DNA of 64,000 nucleotides from Schmidtea nova (Eukaryota): NCBI GenBank assembly GCA_044892505.1, contig CM097884.1, positions 60,202,001 to 60,266,000 of the forward strand, read 5' to 3'. Shown piece by piece: positions 24,879 to 34,752 of this stretch (position 1 is its first letter; each line of letters starts with the position of its first letter). The notes under the pieces were generated by a model. It saw only the letters and a program-made list of their open reading frames with translations, ran no database searches and was not told where the DNA came from. The position numbers and the translations under genes were made by a program.

Positions 24879-25061
24879 ATGCATAAAAGTCTTTATCCGA
24901 ACATACTATATTTTATATTGTGGTTTACATTGTGGATTTTATTTTTGGCTTTCCCTCTATCGTTTATTGTGGCATTTGTTGAAGTATTATTTGTTCCATT
25001 TTATGCATGCTTTGAACCAGCAAAAAAAATTGCGAAGTACTTGCCAGGATATTCAAAATAA
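24879..25061 (+). CDS. Small hydrophobic membrane-protein-like ORF antisense to the LTR element
   Basis: LYFILWFTLWILFLAFPLSFIVAFVEVLFVPFYACFEP resembles, from memory, a family of short invertebrate membrane proteins (W..W.L.L.F.A.P..F......L.PF.AC). The downstream sequence runs into an N gap. Confidence 0.35.
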   Translation: MHKSLYPNILYFILWFTLWILFLAFPLSFIVAFVEVLFVPFYACFEPAKKIAKYLPGYSK

Positions 25062-25096
25062 GTTTTTATTTATTTTTTTTTAATGACAATAATAGT

Positions 25097-25398
25097 NNNN
25101 NNNNNNNNNNNNNNNNNNNNNNNNNNNNNNNNNNNNNNNNNNNNNNNNNNNNNNNNNNNNNNNNNNNNNNNNNNNNNNNNNNNNNNNNNNNNNNNNNNNN
25201 NNNNNNNNNNNNNNNNNNNNNNNNNNNNNNNNNNNNNNNNNNNNNNNNNNNNNNNNNNNNNNNNNNNNNNNNNNNNNNNNNNNNNNNNNNNNNNNNNNNN
25301 NNNNNNNNNNNNNNNNNNNNNNNNNNNNNNNNNNNNNNNNNNNNNNNNNNNNNNNNNNNNNNNNNNNNNNNNNNNNNNNNNNNNNNNNNNNNNNNNNN
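25097..25398. other. Assembly gap (others at 26598-26804, 51786-52041 and 61602-61792)
   Basis: N runs; the first two border AAT-type repeats. Confidence 1.
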
Positions 25399-27187
25399 GT
25401 TGTCAGTTCTCGCTCAGACTGACACTGTAATTATCCCTGTCATCAATCATTCCGATGCCACATATCATTTTTATATAATTTAAAACTTTAATTTTGTGTT
25501 TATTCACGAGACGTCAATTTTAACAAATTTGTTAATGAGTCTACTGTCAATGATTTTCTTCATGCCTTTTCAGTTTTGCTGTTAATATCTGTTTCGGAGT
25601 TTAATTTTTATTTAATGATGGAACGATTTTACAGCGAAACTCATTCGGTATTCCTCATTTAGGACTGTTTTCTCTGTGAGGATGCGCCCCTTGTAAAATT
25701 GATGGCAATCTAATTGGTCCTCCAATTTGGCTATATTAGTAGGTCGACTATCCTAATCTTATAAATTTAAATTATTTAGCAAGCCAAACGAAAAAAATTT
25801 TGTCTATTAAAATAATTCGAATATTATTTGGAAGTAAGTGTATGATATAAAGTTTAAAATTATTGAATGCTCTAAGGTATTAAAATTAAATTTATTATGA
25901 ATTGAAATTTAGTAATCATTGTGTAAGTTACCAAAATTATTCTCAAGGATTTTGATCAAAGGAACGGAATTATATCTATTAATTTAAATGCCGTGACGTT
26001 TATTTTTTTTTTGAGTAGGCCAGAATTTGTGTGAAAATTTTATGAACAGAAAAATGTTGAAAGAAGTTCCACAATTAGATATCAGACAATTATATCTTTT
26101 TATATCTAGAGGCGGCTTCACTAGTCACATATGTTATGAGCCTGAAAGTAATATTTTTATTATTGCTTTTATTTTAATTATTAAAATAATTTCTTTAAGG
26201 ATTTTATTGTTTAATCATAAGTTTTCCCACAGTGTGACATGAACAGGAACTACAGAACGTAAATGTTTTAAATTTGTTTATTTATTTATTTATATGTTAA
26301 TGACAGTTTTATAATGCTAATATAGTTTTATTTATTACAGAATTTCGTTACTTGATTAAGACCCAATTAGCAGCTCGAAGATCACTGTTAAAAACTAAAA
26401 CTAATTTATCCAATATTTGTTAATTAAAACTTTTATGTTAACCTTTTTAATTGCTATTGTTACATTTTACTTTCTTTATTCGATTATATGTTTAATGTAA
26501 GTTCGACTTAATATTTATTTTACTTAACACTATGGAAATTTAATAATAATTCGAAATTTAATACTAGTTCGAATGATTGTGTGACGTCGATAATAATNNN
26601 NNNNNNNNNNNNNNNNNNNNNNNNNNNNNNNNNNNNNNNNNNNNNNNNNNNNNNNNNNNNNNNNNNNNNNNNNNNNNNNNNNNNNNNNNNNNNNNNNNNN
26701 NNNNNNNNNNNNNNNNNNNNNNNNNNNNNNNNNNNNNNNNNNNNNNNNNNNNNNNNNNNNNNNNNNNNNNNNNNNNNNNNNNNNNNNNNNNNNNNNNNNN
26801 NNNNATAACAATAACAATTATTATTATTGCTTCTAACACTATAAAGTATAGTGACTATAGTAATTTATATAATGATGACGTTAATAATACTAATTTCTAT
26901 AATTAGGATGATAATGACACTGATAGTATTTACCTCTAACAACAGACCCTTCCCACTCGTCGTCCAGGGTAGCCAAGCCCCGGCGATTGGGATTGTTTTG
27001 TTTGTTAGTTATTTATTTTATTTTTATCTCTATTTATAACAATTACTTATTTGCTTTATAAGTTGACTGAAAGTTAAAGCTACAGGGTCTAATTGGTGGG
27101 TTGCCATAAATAAACGAATCCACAATATTTTACGATTATTTATTTTATAAATAAATCATATACAATTTAATAAATTTCAGTTAATCA

Positions 27188-28651
27188 TTAATCCATTTTT
27201 ATCTCCATTCGATTAGATCCATGCTTGTAACGAACAATTGTTTCTTCTCGTTCATAGATAACACCGCTGTATAATATGGTTTTGCTGAGTTCAATTGTCG
27301 AATCTGCTTTCCTTTTCAACTCGTTTACTTCTCTAGGCATTGGGCCATATTCTAACGTGGGTTGGAGTTTCACAATGTTCCAGTTTGGTATTGTTTCCAG
27401 ACTCTCTTCAACTGGATCTATCAATGTTTCCACTGGATAACTTAGATCAATAATAGGAACTTCGCTCTCTTCCATTACTATGTCTTCACTTGTTAGATCT
27501 ATTGCTTCCATAGCCATGTTCTCCGGGATTTGTGCTAACTTTTGCCTATCGGTTCCTTGGGTTAATTTGGATGTGTTGGCATATAAATTTTTGTATTCCT
27601 TTAGAGAATACTTTCTTGATGGTTGTTTTCTGGGAATCACTATATCGTCAATCCATTGATTCTCTACCCGTTGGTATATCTTCCGTATAGTTTTGACATC
27701 CTCCAGCGCAGAGTGTATCCCAACCTGCGTTTCTTCTCCGCATATTTCCCGTGCTACCGTCTGCAGCTTGAACCACTCTCCTCTTCTGGTTACGTTCATT
27801 CTTTGTAGTATTTGTGCAGCTGCAAGATCCCGTATCCCATACAGTTGATCTACCCATATTCCCAGATACTGTAGTTTGGCGAGTAAATCGTGGCCTATTA
27901 ATATTTTTCCCACTGTTAGCCTCTGAATATCCTTCATTTCCGAATATTGATCATGCTGATTTCTGCTGGCTACCTCTGTAATTCCATGGATCTTGGAATT
28001 GAAATGGCCAATTTTTCCTCTTGGGGTCAAATACACGTCTTTAATTATTTTTCCATGATAATTTATCATCGCAACTGATAAAGGGATCATTCTTTTCGTT
28101 TCCGATATGGCATATTCCGCGTCCACGAATATTATTCTGTTCCGAATTTCTTCCATATCCATTTCTTTCCTAATGAATGAGAGTTTCCTTTTTAACATTT
28201 CTGCTGATATTTTCATCAACGTTGAATCCTGTTCCTCTGATGGCTGTGCGCTTGGCCTCTCATTTGGCTCGTTTTCTATTCTTGTTTCTAAAACAATGAT
28301 TGTTTCCTCATTCGCTGCGCGTATAGGTTTCGCCATGATTTCCTTTTGGATTATCCAGGACGAAAATTTCTTCAATTCCATCCACGGCTGATTCCCGTCC
28401 ATTATTTCTTCTGTTCCTTTGATAACATGTAGGTAATATTGTTCTTTATTGGATATTCGAACTTCGTCCGCTAACTTCATTCCCATCTTTCGGTGTATTC
28501 TGAGTATTTTAATTTTCATTTTTCGGTCGTCGATTCTGAAATAATTTGGGATTTGTAAGTTGTCTGTAATCTGGAATTTTTGCCCTGCATGGCGTCTTTG
28601 CAGCTTTGCATAGCTGTCTAATGTGGATCTTGCCCATTGAATTTGTTCCAT
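27188..28651 (-). CDS. DEDDh 3'-5' exonuclease (REX4/ISG20-like), accessory ORF of the LTR element
   Basis: ExoI FVDAE, SKIHGIT, ExoII region LIGHDLLAKL, KLQTVA, and ExoIII HSALED. Confidence 0.88.
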   Translation of the reverse strand: MEQIQWARSTLDSYAKLQRRHAGQKFQITDNLQIPNYFRIDDRKMKIKILRIHRKMGMKLADEVRISNKEQYYLHVIKGTEEIMDGNQPWMELKKFSSWIIQKEIMAKPIRAANEETIIVLETRIENEPNERPSAQPSEEQDSTLMKISAEMLKRKLSFIRKEMDMEEIRNRIIFVDAEYAISETKRMIPLSVAMINYHGKIIKDVYLTPRGKIGHFNSKIHGITEVASRNQHDQYSEMKDIQRLTVGKILIGHDLLAKLQYLGIWVDQLYGIRDLAAAQILQRMNVTRRGEWFKLQTVAREICGEETQVGIHSALEDVKTIRKIYQRVENQWIDDIVIPRKQPSRKYSLKEYKNLYANTSKLTQGTDRQKLAQIPENMAMEAIDLTSEDIVMEESEVPIIDLSYPVETLIDPVEESLETIPNWNIVKLQPTLEYGPMPREVNELKRKADSTIELSKTILYSGVIYEREETIVRYKHGSNRMEIKMD

Positions 28652-28656
28652 TCTTA

Positions 28657-28739
28657 CTGAAATATTTATAATTAAAGGTTTATCAATATAAAATTTGAAG
28701 CTAGGGTTAAGATGAAGTGCCCAAAGGGTACTGTCTTAC
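28657..28739 (-). other. Predicted 83-nt intron in the 5' UTR of the exonuclease ORF
   Basis: CAG|GTAAGA donor at 28739 and ATTTCAG| acceptor ending at 28657, just upstream of the ATG at 28651. Confidence 0.5.
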
Positions 28740-29067
28740 CTGTAGCTGTATATATATATATATATAAATATTAATAAAAAAATTACCAATTTAAAATTTT
28801 GAAATCGGATTTATTTAAAGAATTTTAAGTTTAAAGGATAAGCGCTTTCTTATATGCCCCTTACAAATTTTCTATAACCTATTTCCTACTTTCCTACTCC
28901 CCCTTGTCTTTTAGTGTTAGCCAATCAAATTTATTCTTCCTTTCTTTCGTCGGAAAAGCAGTTTTACATAAACATTGATGATACTATCACTGAAAACACT
29001 GAATAAAATGTAAAAAATAATACTACTACTACGTTATCAAAATTGCATGCAAATTAATCATGTCTTA

Positions 29068-30945
29068 CTACACAATTGTTTCTTCATAGATCATCCAAGG
29101 TCTCGAAGGCTCGGATTGAATCGTAGAAGGTCTGTATATTTTTATCAATTCGCAAAAGACAATAGCGCCAAATGTGATGAGAAAGATTGTTAGGATAATG
29201 ATGGTTATAAATAATATCACACACGCGATTTCTTTGTCATTGTTTATTAATGATATAGTTTTATTATTTACAATTGATTTATTGGTGATGTTATTGAAAG
29301 GCGTTGTCATCTGATTTTGGTACAGTGCATTTGAATCGCTGTCATTTATCTTGTCGTAAAAGATTTGGACAAACTTGTCCTCGACTAAAGTTACTCGCCA
29401 TAGATTAGAATACGAGGTGCGACGCTGATATTTGATTTTCATAAAGATAAATTTTGACCTTGACTTTGATCGTAGGTGTTGAAATGTTAATATTTGAGAT
29501 TTATTGCTGCTGTCTAAGATTGCCTGAACTTTTCCACAATAGTATATAATAGCTTTTTGATTTAAGTCTGCTCTCCAAGTAACATTTATTAGTTGATGGT
29601 ATATATAAAACTGAACTCGGTTCGTTTCGTTGATCAATTTTATCGCTTGTTGACTAGCCTGAATTTCAATCCATAGATTATCACTGACGGTTCCATTATC
29701 ATATAAGGATTTTTCATAATAACGGACCAAGATATTATATGTCTGAAATAATTTCAAATTAACATAGTTTATAAAGGGTTTTCTGCTGTTCAGCGTGTCT
29801 ATAGCATAATTCTGGAAGACAGTTTTCACTTGTTGGGTTTCTTGTGGTTCCCAATGTACATTAATTCCATTCACAACGGGTTCAATAGAAACAAGATGCT
29901 CTAACCTTTTCGTCCAAACATCGAGATGTACCATATTATATATTTTTGTAGTATTCCCTTTAGAGCTTAATTGTGTTATTAGCCACTGATATTTATAATT
30001 CATCGTTAATTGCCGTGCCACGTGAGTGTTTTTATTATAATTCAATCTAACTGGGGGTTCAAAATAATCTAGTAAATTATTTACTTCAATTTCCTCTTCC
30101 CTTTCACCGTGAAAAAACCATACGATCTGGGTACATGTTGCATATATGTGAATTTTATCCATCAATGGGATTCTTTTTGTTGCATACGAGGGAAAAACTC
30201 GTATTGCACTTGTACACAAGACATTTGCCATCATTATTGTTGAAATCAACAAGACTTTGTTGATATAGTTTAGTGGAGCTGGGTTTTTTGTAAATTTTTG
30301 TTTTACTGCTCCTTCTCCGTCTTTAATTAGTTTTGATCTCAATGGATATCGTGTTATTTCCTCCGACGGAACTTTCTTGCACCGGTTTACATGAACAATT
30401 ATTGTTCCAGCTTTTTTATTATTCTGTGGGCGTAATTTCAAATTAGTTTCTGTAGTATCACATACGATATATGGTCCTTTAAACGGCCGCTGCAATTTTG
30501 GGGATAATCCCTTTGTTGGCTCTGGTTTATTTACATATACTAAGTCAGCAATTTTAATATCATGTGCATGAGTGCGCTTGTCGTAGCACTCCTTATATGC
30601 CTCTTGCTGATGTTTTATTTTAAATCCGGCTTGAATCCAAACTGTCTGGAGTCTTTCTTGCATAATCACTTTATAATCTGATACATCCATATATTGGGAA
30701 ATAGGCGACTGAAATTTCAGATCGATAGGCATATTGTTTCTTCGTAAGTACATGAGATAGAAAGGTGTTTCACCGGTACTTTCGTTCACTGCATTTCTGT
30801 ATGCATACAAACATGGTTTAATGAATAAATCCCAATCTTTTTGTTTTCTATTTACGTATGACGATATCATATTAATTAGTGTTGCATTGAATCTTTCCTC
30901 TAATCCATCTGTCTGTGGGTGATATGGTGATGTACTGATTTTCAT
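29068..30945 (-). CDS. Integrase C-terminal half followed by a signal-like segment, FN3-like ectodomain and TM helix
   Basis: SPYHPQTDGLEERFN and KLQRPFKGPY (INT); then VLLISTIMMANVLCTSA, GINVHWEP...NLKLFQTYNILVR, many N-x-S/T sequons, and TM IACVILFITIIILTIFLITFGAIVFC. Confidence 0.85.
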   Translation of the reverse strand: MKISTSPYHPQTDGLEERFNATLINMISSYVNRKQKDWDLFIKPCLYAYRNAVNESTGETPFYLMYLRRNNMPIDLKFQSPISQYMDVSDYKVIMQERLQTVWIQAGFKIKHQQEAYKECYDKRTHAHDIKIADLVYVNKPEPTKGLSPKLQRPFKGPYIVCDTTETNLKLRPQNNKKAGTIIVHVNRCKKVPSEEITRYPLRSKLIKDGEGAVKQKFTKNPAPLNYINKVLLISTIMMANVLCTSAIRVFPSYATKRIPLMDKIHIYATCTQIVWFFHGEREEEIEVNNLLDYFEPPVRLNYNKNTHVARQLTMNYKYQWLITQLSSKGNTTKIYNMVHLDVWTKRLEHLVSIEPVVNGINVHWEPQETQQVKTVFQNYAIDTLNSRKPFINYVNLKLFQTYNILVRYYEKSLYDNGTVSDNLWIEIQASQQAIKLINETNRVQFYIYHQLINVTWRADLNQKAIIYYCGKVQAILDSSNKSQILTFQHLRSKSRSKFIFMKIKYQRRTSYSNLWRVTLVEDKFVQIFYDKINDSDSNALYQNQMTTPFNNITNKSIVNNKTISLINNDKEIACVILFITIIILTIFLITFGAIVFCELIKIYRPSTIQSEPSRPWMIYEETIV

Positions 30946-30948
30946 TAT

Positions 30949-32862
30949 TCAAAATAATTCTGTAATTGATTTGAACAATTCGCTTTGAAAGTTTGTTCCT
31001 TGGTCGGTAAGCAATTTCTTTGGTGCCCCATATCGAAATATTATGTTTTCCACAAATATCTTTGCAACTGTCTCAGCTTTCTGGTTTTGCATGGGGTAGG
31101 CTTCTGGCCATTTGGTTAAATAATCACAGAAGACAATAATGTATTTATTGCCGTTTGTCGTTTCTGGTAATGGACCGACAATATCCATTGCCGTCATTTC
31201 CATTGGTGCCTCCGGTACAGACATTGGTTTTAAGGGGACTCTAATTTTTCGTCCTGTGTTTCGCCTAGTTAAGCATATTTCGCAAGTATGACACCATTGT
31301 CTGACATCTTGTTCTATAGTGTCCCAATAGTATTTTTGCTTTAATCTTGACAATGTTTTTCGAGCTGATAAATGCCCTCCTAATGCTCCGTCATGATACA
31401 ACAATAATAATGATTTTCTATGTTTTGTTGGAACTATAATTAATAAATTTTCATTTTTTACGCATTTTAGCAAACCATCATGTATAATGTATTTATGTCT
31501 TTCCTCGAGAATATGCTTCCAGTCGCTTTCTTTTCTAATTGTGACAGCATGTTGACGTAGCTGATTCAATTCATCATCCTTTTCTTGATCACTTTGCAAT
31601 TCCTTCATATTATTTGCAGTTTTAATTGCCATAAATATAGTGTTTTCATACTTTGTTTCATATTGAACAACGTCCTCCTCCTCTGAAATTCTCGACAGCG
31701 CGTCTGCATTTGCGTTCGACTTTCCTGTACGATATTTGATCTCAAAATCATATTCCTGCAACGCAATTGACCATCTTATCAGCTTACTTGCCGAGTCTCT
31801 GTGCTTCATTAGCCATTGTAATGGGTTATGATCAGTGAAAACAACAAATTTCCTACCGATTAAGTATTGCCTGAACGTAGTTATTCCATATACTAATGCT
31901 AACGTTTCTTTTTCAATCGTAGAATAATTCTTTTCATGCGGTCTTAACGTTCGACTGGCATAAGCGATAACGTGATCTTTCTCACCTTCTACTTGTTGAC
32001 CTAGTATCGCCCCTAATGCAAAATTACTAGCATCTGTCATCAATAAGAATGGCCTTTTAAAATCAGGGCATCTTAATATAGGTTGTTTCATTAAGCTTTC
32101 TTTGAGTGCATCGAATGCTTCTTGTTGAGCCGTTGCCCATTTAAATTTTGCTTGCTTTTTCAACAGCACATTTAAAGGTTGTGCGACATGCGAAAAATTT
32201 CTTATAAATTTTCTGTAATAACTAGCTAGTCCTAGAAATTGTCGGACTTGGTCTATATCTTTGGGAATCGGATATTTCTTAATCTTTTGTACATTTTCCG
32301 GATTCGGCTGCAATCCTCGCCGGGAAATAATATGACCTACGTAAACAACTTCAGATTTTCCCCATTCACATTTTGACGGTTTTATCTTTAGGTTTGCCTT
32401 TAACAATCGTTTAAATACTGTTTCCACATCTCTTAGATGTTCCTGAAAATTGTTTGAAAATATTATTATATCATCAATATACACTAGTGCATGTGGGATG
32501 TCCCGTAATACGAAATTCATACCTCTTTGAAAGGTAGCCGGTGCTCCCGTTAAACCAAACGGTAAGACATTAAACTCGTACAGACCTTTACCGTCTGAAA
32601 ACGCAGTTTTTCTTCTGTCCTCTTCTTTGACCTTAAACTGATTATACCCTTTGTTAAGATCAATAACAGTAAAGAATTGCACCTCCCCCATTTGATCGAA
32701 CATTTCTTGGGGAACTGGAATAGGGTATGTATCTTTTCTTGTGACTTGATTTAACTTTCGATAATCTACACAGAATCGTAGATCACCATCTTTCTTTTTC
32801 ACTACCACGATTGAAGATGAAAATGGCGATGAGCTATCTCTTATTATTTTGAATTCTTTCAT
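30949..32862 (-). CDS. pol: RT, RNase H and integrase N-terminal/core
   Basis: RFCVDYRKLN, PFGLTGAPATFQR, YIDD, LMTDAS, HDGALGGH..CHTC, MDIVGPL and TDQGTNF. Confidence 0.98.
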   Translation of the reverse strand: MKEFKIIRDSSSPFSSSIVVVKKKDGDLRFCVDYRKLNQVTRKDTYPIPVPQEMFDQMGEVQFFTVIDLNKGYNQFKVKEEDRRKTAFSDGKGLYEFNVLPFGLTGAPATFQRGMNFVLRDIPHALVYIDDIIIFSNNFQEHLRDVETVFKRLLKANLKIKPSKCEWGKSEVVYVGHIISRRGLQPNPENVQKIKKYPIPKDIDQVRQFLGLASYYRKFIRNFSHVAQPLNVLLKKQAKFKWATAQQEAFDALKESLMKQPILRCPDFKRPFLLMTDASNFALGAILGQQVEGEKDHVIAYASRTLRPHEKNYSTIEKETLALVYGITTFRQYLIGRKFVVFTDHNPLQWLMKHRDSASKLIRWSIALQEYDFEIKYRTGKSNANADALSRISEEEDVVQYETKYENTIFMAIKTANNMKELQSDQEKDDELNQLRQHAVTIRKESDWKHILEERHKYIIHDGLLKCVKNENLLIIVPTKHRKSLLLLYHDGALGGHLSARKTLSRLKQKYYWDTIEQDVRQWCHTCEICLTRRNTGRKIRVPLKPMSVPEAPMEMTAMDIVGPLPETTNGNKYIIVFCDYLTKWPEAYPMQNQKAETVAKIFVENIIFRYGAPKKLLTDQGTNFQSELFKSITELF

Positions 32863-32883
32863 TGCTTTGATTTGCCTATCACT

Positions 32884-34749
32884 TTATTCTTGATGAATGT
32901 ATGGAATCCTATATGGCCTCAATTTTATAGGAGTTTCGTCCAACAATGGTATCTCATGTTCAATCACTTGAGTGAGTCCCAGATCATATTCATGTTTCGC
33001 GAACACATTCCTATATCTCTTTAGTAGTCCCGTAAATTCTTGTTTTTGCTCATCTGTCAAATCATTACTTGTAATTTGAGGTCCTTTGTAAATCTTTATA
33101 TTTCTGGGCAACCTTTGTACTTCTTCTTGTTTTATTTTTGTCAGTTTCCCCAGCTTTGTTTTGGGTTTCATCTGAATAGATTTTGTGCTACAATTTGCTA
33201 ATCTTACTGGTACGGTTTTGTCTTTAACTTTTACTACTTCATCGCACACTGGTACGTCGTACTTCTCTATTACTTTTTGATTTGGTTCAAATATACATTC
33301 ATCTTCGGAGACATTCATTACATTGGCATAGTATATAACTTCGCGTTTTGGTGGTATTTCCAAAGTTTGATTTAAAAAGACTTGTCCCGCTTCGTGTACA
33401 ACTTCGCCATTTAGTCCTTTTATCAATTTTCCCGTTCTTAAATCAAGAAAAAGTCCTTGTAATTGTTCCATAACATCCATTCTAATTAAGCATTTGACAG
33501 GGCTTTTTCTCATTACAGATACCCAATGAGTTACTTCTTGATTTCCAATATTCAGCTTAACTTCCAATTTTCCAACGATATTCAATACATTATGCGTCAT
33601 TGATTTAATAATTTTCGTAGTTGGCTTTATTCTTGCCTTCTCCTGACTAGTCAAGAGATTCTCAGATACTATGCTGTGACTTGAGCCTGAATCCAATAAC
33701 GCTTCAACTTTTCGTCTATTAAATTGTATGTCAATTCGAAGTTGTTTTCCTCCCAATTCTATGGTCATCAATGCATAACTACATGGTAAACCAAGCATAT
33801 TCTTTCTTTCAATTTCGGCGCTTGATGGTTCAATCTTTTCTAATTCGACTTTAATCTCATCAACTGGTTTCATTTCTCTCAACTTCTCACTTGGATATAC
33901 AGGAGCTGTTGGCATAAATGTCGGTGTGTACCATTTAGAGAGAGTGTCAATTCCAGTTAGTTTTGGTATTGGTTCCAGCAAGAATCTGGATTCGGGGTCT
34001 ATTCTACTTTTTATTATACCCCGTCGAAACGATTTTGGCTCTGATCTGCCGCCATTGCTATCATTGTTGTGACCATTATTTTTATCCTCAAATTCGCATA
34101 GTGATTCTTCACTTTTCGGATCATTTTTCAATTGTGCTCTAACACTTGCCATTTCCTTATATTGATGATTTGTAATGAAGAATCTAGCCAAAAATGGAAT
34201 ACAACCAATAATCATTTTCCATGACCATCCGGAAATTGCATATATTCGATGAGCGGACAATATTTGTGATATTATTACTTTTATTGTTACTGCAACTACA
34301 TAAATGCCAATTAAGCCTGCACAAGCTTGTCCTAAAAACATAAATCTTCCCCAAATTCTTTTCATTGTTTTAAATGTAGCTCGTTTAAAATGATCAGGTG
34401 TCAGCAAATATTCGTAATTAACTTTTCCTTCTCCATTTGGCAGTATTGTATCAATCATCTCAGAAATCACTCGTTCCTTTTTTGATGGGAATAATAAATT
34501 TCTTTGGGCTTCTTCTATATCTTCGCTTGCGTATAGACCCATTTGTGCCATCTTATTCATTGATGTGAAATTTACCAAGTACTCTAAATTTATTAATTCC
34601 AATTTATCTGGAGTTCTAACTCCCCGGTAGTCTGGTAACGCTATCCATGAATCTTGTGCTAAACGATATAGTGGAGCTAATAGTCGATTACATTGTAGAA
34701 TTTTCGGTTTGACTTGTTCTTCCAACAATATTCGAGTTATCGGTTCCAT
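32884..34749 (-). CDS. Env C-terminus with TM and tail, aspartic protease, spacer and RT start
   Basis: MEPITRIL..C...W (Env), TM FMFLGQACAGLIGIYVVAVTIKVII, protease ALLDSGS, and EHEIPL.D.TPIKLRPYRIP. Confidence 0.9.
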   Translation of the reverse strand: MEPITRILLEEQVKPKILQCNRLLAPLYRLAQDSWIALPDYRGVRTPDKLELINLEYLVNFTSMNKMAQMGLYASEDIEEAQRNLLFPSKKERVISEMIDTILPNGEGKVNYEYLLTPDHFKRATFKTMKRIWGRFMFLGQACAGLIGIYVVAVTIKVIISQILSAHRIYAISGWSWKMIIGCIPFLARFFITNHQYKEMASVRAQLKNDPKSEESLCEFEDKNNGHNNDSNGGRSEPKSFRRGIIKSRIDPESRFLLEPIPKLTGIDTLSKWYTPTFMPTAPVYPSEKLREMKPVDEIKVELEKIEPSSAEIERKNMLGLPCSYALMTIELGGKQLRIDIQFNRRKVEALLDSGSSHSIVSENLLTSQEKARIKPTTKIIKSMTHNVLNIVGKLEVKLNIGNQEVTHWVSVMRKSPVKCLIRMDVMEQLQGLFLDLRTGKLIKGLNGEVVHEAGQVFLNQTLEIPPKREVIYYANVMNVSEDECIFEPNQKVIEKYDVPVCDEVVKVKDKTVPVRLANCSTKSIQMKPKTKLGKLTKIKQEEVQRLPRNIKIYKGPQITSNDLTDEQKQEFTGLLKRYRNVFAKHEYDLGLTQVIEHEIPLLDETPIKLRPYRIPYIHQE

Positions 34750-34752
34750 GAA

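Noticed and set aside
25083-26906. ORFs containing X runs (also 51665-52097 and 61581-61805)
   Set aside because: Artefacts of N gaps.
26935-26990. Possible relic PPT/LTR junction (minus strand GAGTGGGAAGGGTC|TGTTG)
   Set aside because: Only 5 nt match the LTR start and the purine run is interrupted, so chance cannot be excluded.
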